A DNA stretch of 63,703 bases, counting the filler, from Olpidium bornovanus S191 (Eukaryota; Fungi; Olpidiomycota): assembly GCA_017911155.1 (NCBI GenBank). It is 27 parts of 27 records of this genome, joined end to end, with 100 filler letters (N's around TTAATTAATTAA, not from the genome) between each part and the next. Parts side by side here need not be neighbours in the genome. Positions count along the whole stretch, not along the records: positions 59,109 to 61,339 come from JAEFCI010007527.1; positions 61,440 to 62,529 come from JAEFCI010005614.1; positions 62,630 to 63,703 come from JAEFCI010001303.1; 24 more parts are not named here. One strand, given 5' to 3'. Positions within the stretch are counted from its first letter, which is position 1. Each line of letters opens with the position of its first letter. The notes beneath the pieces are model-generated. The model made no database searches. It was not told the origin of the DNA and saw nothing but the letters and a program-made list of their open reading frames with translations. Positions 60,022 to 63,703 of this stretch are shown here, piece after piece. Made by a program: the position numbers and the translations under genes.

Positions 60022-61514
60022 CGCCCTTTCTCGGTGACGACACACAAACAAACTTGAGGAGACGGGGCGTGCGGAGGGGTGGGAGGGGCAAAAATATATA
60101 TAAATATATAAAATGGAAATACAAAACGTGACCAAGTTTATGGAAATAATGCAAATGCCTAAACAGCAATATATCTTTGTTATTCAGTTTGTCCCTGAAA
60201 AGCGACTCTTGCGGGCGAACTCGAGAACTCGCGAACGCCGACCAAAACGCGGTATGAAAGGAAAAGTGACCCTTTCCCGGCCCCAATTGGCTCACCCGCA
60301 GCGCGCGCCCCGGAGCCTCGCCGCAGTGCGAGGGACCGACTTCTTTTCGTCGTTCGCGTGCTCCACCAACGTAATCCATATACGTCCGGCCGGCAGGAGG
60401 ACGCCGGCGGCGGCTCCTAGTGCCGGGGGGCGCCTGCCCAACAGACGTGAAGACAGCAATTGTCCATGTGGTTGTGACGACCCGTTGCGAGCTCCCCGGC
60501 TCTCGGTGTAGGCGAGTTGCCCCCCTGTGCTGTTTTACGCCGTGGACGATGTGACCGCGATGATAAAGTGGAGCAACGTTGAGGCGACCTCAACAGGACA
60601 CGCGGCGACTGAGCAGCAGCTACCGTTAAAACCTGTCAAGATTTGCAGGTGTAGCAAACCGAGAATTCCATTCCGCGTTTCCCTCGAGTTTTGCACTTTT
60701 TCCGGTTGTACCTCGAGCAGCGAAAACGCCGGAACCCGAGTTTCTCTGCGCCGGTGCTGGTTGCATGCTTTCGTTGCCTGCGACAGACTACCCGGGTCCT
60801 TTGCTTCGCGAAGACCTGAAAGCCGCCACAGTTGAAGAGGCTCTCCGTGGGAGCGATGTTGAGACCAACCGCGTCCGCGGTGCCCCTGGCACTGAGTGGG
60901 CCTCAACCTCTGAGCGTCTGAGCGACCTCACCGGCCACACAACATCTGTGTGAGTGCATCTGATCTCAGGCTGCCACAATGCCGGCAGGAGATACCCTAC
61001 CAGGCATTTGTGTCGTCCACTTTCCCGGTACGCGCGAGTGTTTTCCACTATGCGAGGGGACACTTGCATGCTGGGGACACGTAATTACCACGGTGGCATA
61101 CGTTAGCGCTCCTAGCTTCAATCCACTACCGGCCAAGTACCGGTCTTTGGCGGTCCAATCACCTGGCCCCTAGACCATACTTTGGATGCCCGACATACCG
61201 CTACCTAACTAATACCACCACAGGGTCCCTCAGAATCAGGTTCCAACGACCCTCAGACTCTGATCCCTCCACGTGGGCCATCACCAGGAATCACCAGTCA
61301 CACGGCAGTTTGGATCACTCTCGACACTCACGCGCATGCNNNNNNNNNNNNNNNNNNNNNNNNNNNNNNNNNNNNNNNNNNNNTTAATTAATTAANNNNN
61401 NNNNNNNNNNNNNNNNNNNNNNNNNNNNNNNNNNNNNNNCAACGGAGAAAAAAGAAAAGACGGAAAAAAGAAGGAAGAGAAATCCTGCCCTCCCTCCAAA
61501 CACAAACGTCTTGC

Positions 61515-62529
61515 TCAAGACCGCGACCGGCACACCGCGCGGTGTTCCGGCCAGCGCATGCGCTGGCATTCAGTCCCGCAGTACCGCGCGGTTCTGCAGC
61601 GCCCGCAGGTCAGAAGCTTCTCCGCCGTCGTCCCGCAGCCTTCGCAGCGGGCTGCTCCGTTTCGGCAGCGCCCGCCGCCTGCTCCGCCCGGACCGACCTC
61701 CGGAGCCTCCTGCGCGGCAGAACCGACGTGCTCAAAGTCGGCCGCGTCCGCGGCGTCGATCATCAGCCCGAAACCGGCGCGGTAGAACCGCGCGGCCGTC
61801 TGCCCGCGGCGTCCACCGACGACGGCGGGATCGACGTTCTTACCCGCCGCGCATTCGCAGCAGGTCGGCTCCTCCGCTGCCCGCGCGTCGTAAGTCGACG
61901 CGGGGACGGCGCCGCGGCAGCGGCGGCGACGGTAGTCGCAGCCGGCGCCGTGGTCGTACCCGTACCGGACGCGCTCGACCGCCGCGGGGAGCAGCCGCCG
62001 CCACAGTTCGAGCTCCGCCGCGCTCAGCTTGATTTCCACCACGTCCGGGGCAGTCCGCAGCAGCTCCCTCAGGTCGGGCGCCGCGTCCGGCGACTGCGGG
62101 CAGACAAACGTGTCGAGCATCAGGCTGTTTGCGGCCTCGTCGACCCTGAGCGCGTTGAGGTAGATGACGATCCTGGTCGCGACGCCTTTCCCGGGGGTCC
62201 GCTCGCCGAGGCAAAACCAGCGGCGCGACGCGTACGGAGACCATTTCCCGCCGAGGTTGGCGCCGACGACAAGTTGAAGCGTGTCTTTTACACAGGCCAG
62301 GGTCGACGGCGTCTCCGAGGCGCCGCGCAGCTGCGCGTGCTCCAGCTTTTCGAACGGGAAGGGCGGCAGCCGGCGCCCCGGCGGGTTTTCGAGCGTTTTC
62401 AGCGTCGGCATGGAGGGCAGGTAGCGGTACGGCAGATTGGGGGTGTGCAAGCCGGTCCCGGCTGCCTGAATCGTGAATTGCGGCATTTGGTCGGAGGCGG
62501 AGGAGCCTCGCGCGGGCGGCACCAGGAGA
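61515..62529 (-). CDS. Fungal MYND zinc-finger protein, C-terminal part
   Basis: CEGCGTTAEKLLTCGRCRTARYCGTECQRMRWPEHRAVC is a canonical MYND finger. An upstream H...C.Y...CCEC cluster is typical of uncharacterised fungal MYND proteins. Confidence 0.88.
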
Positions 62530-62629
62530 NNNNNNNNNNNNNNNNNNNNNNNNNNNNNNNNNNNNNNNNNNNNTTAATTAATTAANNNNNNNNNNNNNNN
62601 NNNNNNNNNNNNNNNNNNNNNNNNNNNNN

Positions 62630-63454
62630 CATTCCTTGGAAGACGTTGGTCAACTTCTGGCTCCGGCGCTTCAAGCTCTGATAGATATCATCGTACTCCT
62701 TGTTATACAGGTCGTAGCTGGGGTCTCCAATCTGGGGCGGGTTGGTCATGTCGAAGAAAAACGACATCCGCTCGGACTTGCCTTGGTGGACGACGACGGC
62801 GGCGATGGTCTCGTTCGGGTACGCCGGCGGCAGCGGCTCGAACGCGAGAAAAGGGACGGCGGCCTGCCGGTCAACGACCAGGGCGGGGCTGTGCCGGAGG
62901 CCCAAGGTCGACATGCTTTCCGACGTCACCGCGACGATTTGCGGGCCGATGCCGGCCTCGCCGAGCACGGCCTGCGGGAACCAGCGCAGCCGCTGGTCGA
63001 CGCCGGGCTCGCAGCAGTCGGGGGCGGCGTCGTCGGCGGGGCGCACGCCGAACTCGGACCGCGGGTCGGCGCCAAAGGAGACCCTCCTGACGCCGAAGTC
63101 GGCCTCGAACTCCTCCAGCTGCCGCCACTGCTCGTTCGTCAGGGCGAGGCCGCCGGCGCAGAACACCACGACGCCAAAGAAGGGCTTGCCGATTGCCATG
63201 CGGAGCGTGAGACGGCCTGGGAAGCCGGCCCGCGGCACCCTGAACTCCGTCCGCCGGATGCCATAAAAGTCCAAGGCGTCCCGCACAACCTCGCAGGCGC
63301 TCCCCTCCGCGTCGTCGGACGTGAACAGGGCCGCCCGGTGCGGCAGGTTTGCGGAAGGCCCGCCGCGCCGGACGTAAGCGGCCGACAACGCGCCGGCCCA
63401 GAACACGGCCAAAACGAGCGCGAAACTCAGCTGCGGGGCCGGCGAGGGCTTCAT
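62630..63454 (-). CDS. Secreted Agd3-like carbohydrate deacetylase, N-terminal domains (3'-truncated)
   Basis: Signal peptide; QWRQLEEFEADFGVRRV, EFGV...DCCEPGVDQ, STLGLRHSPA and ETIAAVVVHQGKSERMSFF resemble the N-terminal region of Aspergillus Agd3. The catalytic DD motif is not in the window. Confidence 0.6.
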
Positions 63455-63497
63455 TGCTGCGAGGTGGAGATGTCGCCTCTCCGCCCCTCTTTCCGGA

Positions 63498-63536
<39 letters not shown>

Positions 63537-63703
63537 TTCCCCGGCGGGGCCCCCCCTGGGCCCCCAACCCCGGCGCGAGCCCCCGCACCGAAAAAAAAAA
63601 AAAAAACGACGGCAAAAAGAAAAACAAAACATCGCGGGTTCGCGTGTGATTTGTCGGCGTATGGGTTGATTGTTTGCCATGGAACAAAAAAACAATTAAA
63701 AAA

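Noticed and set aside
60474-61339. TGTGACGACCC as a possible gypsy LTR start with downstream relic ORFs
   Set aside because: No partner LTR, PBS, PPT, TSD or recognisable gag/pol motif was found.

Overview
This is eukaryotic, intron-rich, GC-rich DNA that most likely comes from an early-diverging fungus. The style recalls the fragmented Olpidium draft assembly, but that is inference and not something the sequence proves. The window is not one locus. It is 27 short contigs (about 1.0-4.9 kb) joined by 26 artificial 100-bp spacers (44 N + TTAATTAATTAA + 44 N), so gene neighbourhood across spacers has no biological meaning. Recognisable genes, whole or partial: CDK10/11-like kinase, TM+SH3 protein, beta-propeller lactonase (frameshifted), SEC12, KGD1, GLN4, GH5 EGCrP/Egh1-like glycosidase, UPF1, PEX26-like protein, HEM12, Rab6/YPT6, a MYND-finger protein, an Agd3-like secreted deacetylase, tRNA-Ile(AAT) and tRNA-iMet. 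Transposon relics include several Ty1/copia pieces, a DIRS methyltransferase domain, a gypsy-like gag and a pogo DDE element carrying a 500-bp solo LTR with a perfect 5-bp TSD. The most interesting observations: (1) a 60-aa prepro-peptide (signal, eight X-Pro dipeptides, then a +8 Gly/Lys/aromatic 24-mer) built like an antimicrobial or venom peptide precursor; (2) two different copia elements whose primer-binding sites match the anticodon arm of the tRNA-iMet in this same window (half-tRNA priming); (3) an uncharacterised permuted papain-like (His-before-Cys) enzyme; (4) a type II membrane protein with an unfamiliar ~75-aa acidic CxxGxxCDxVD repeat; (5) strong enrichment of CATG at contig ends. 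All protein family calls come from motif recognition by eye, not from database searches.
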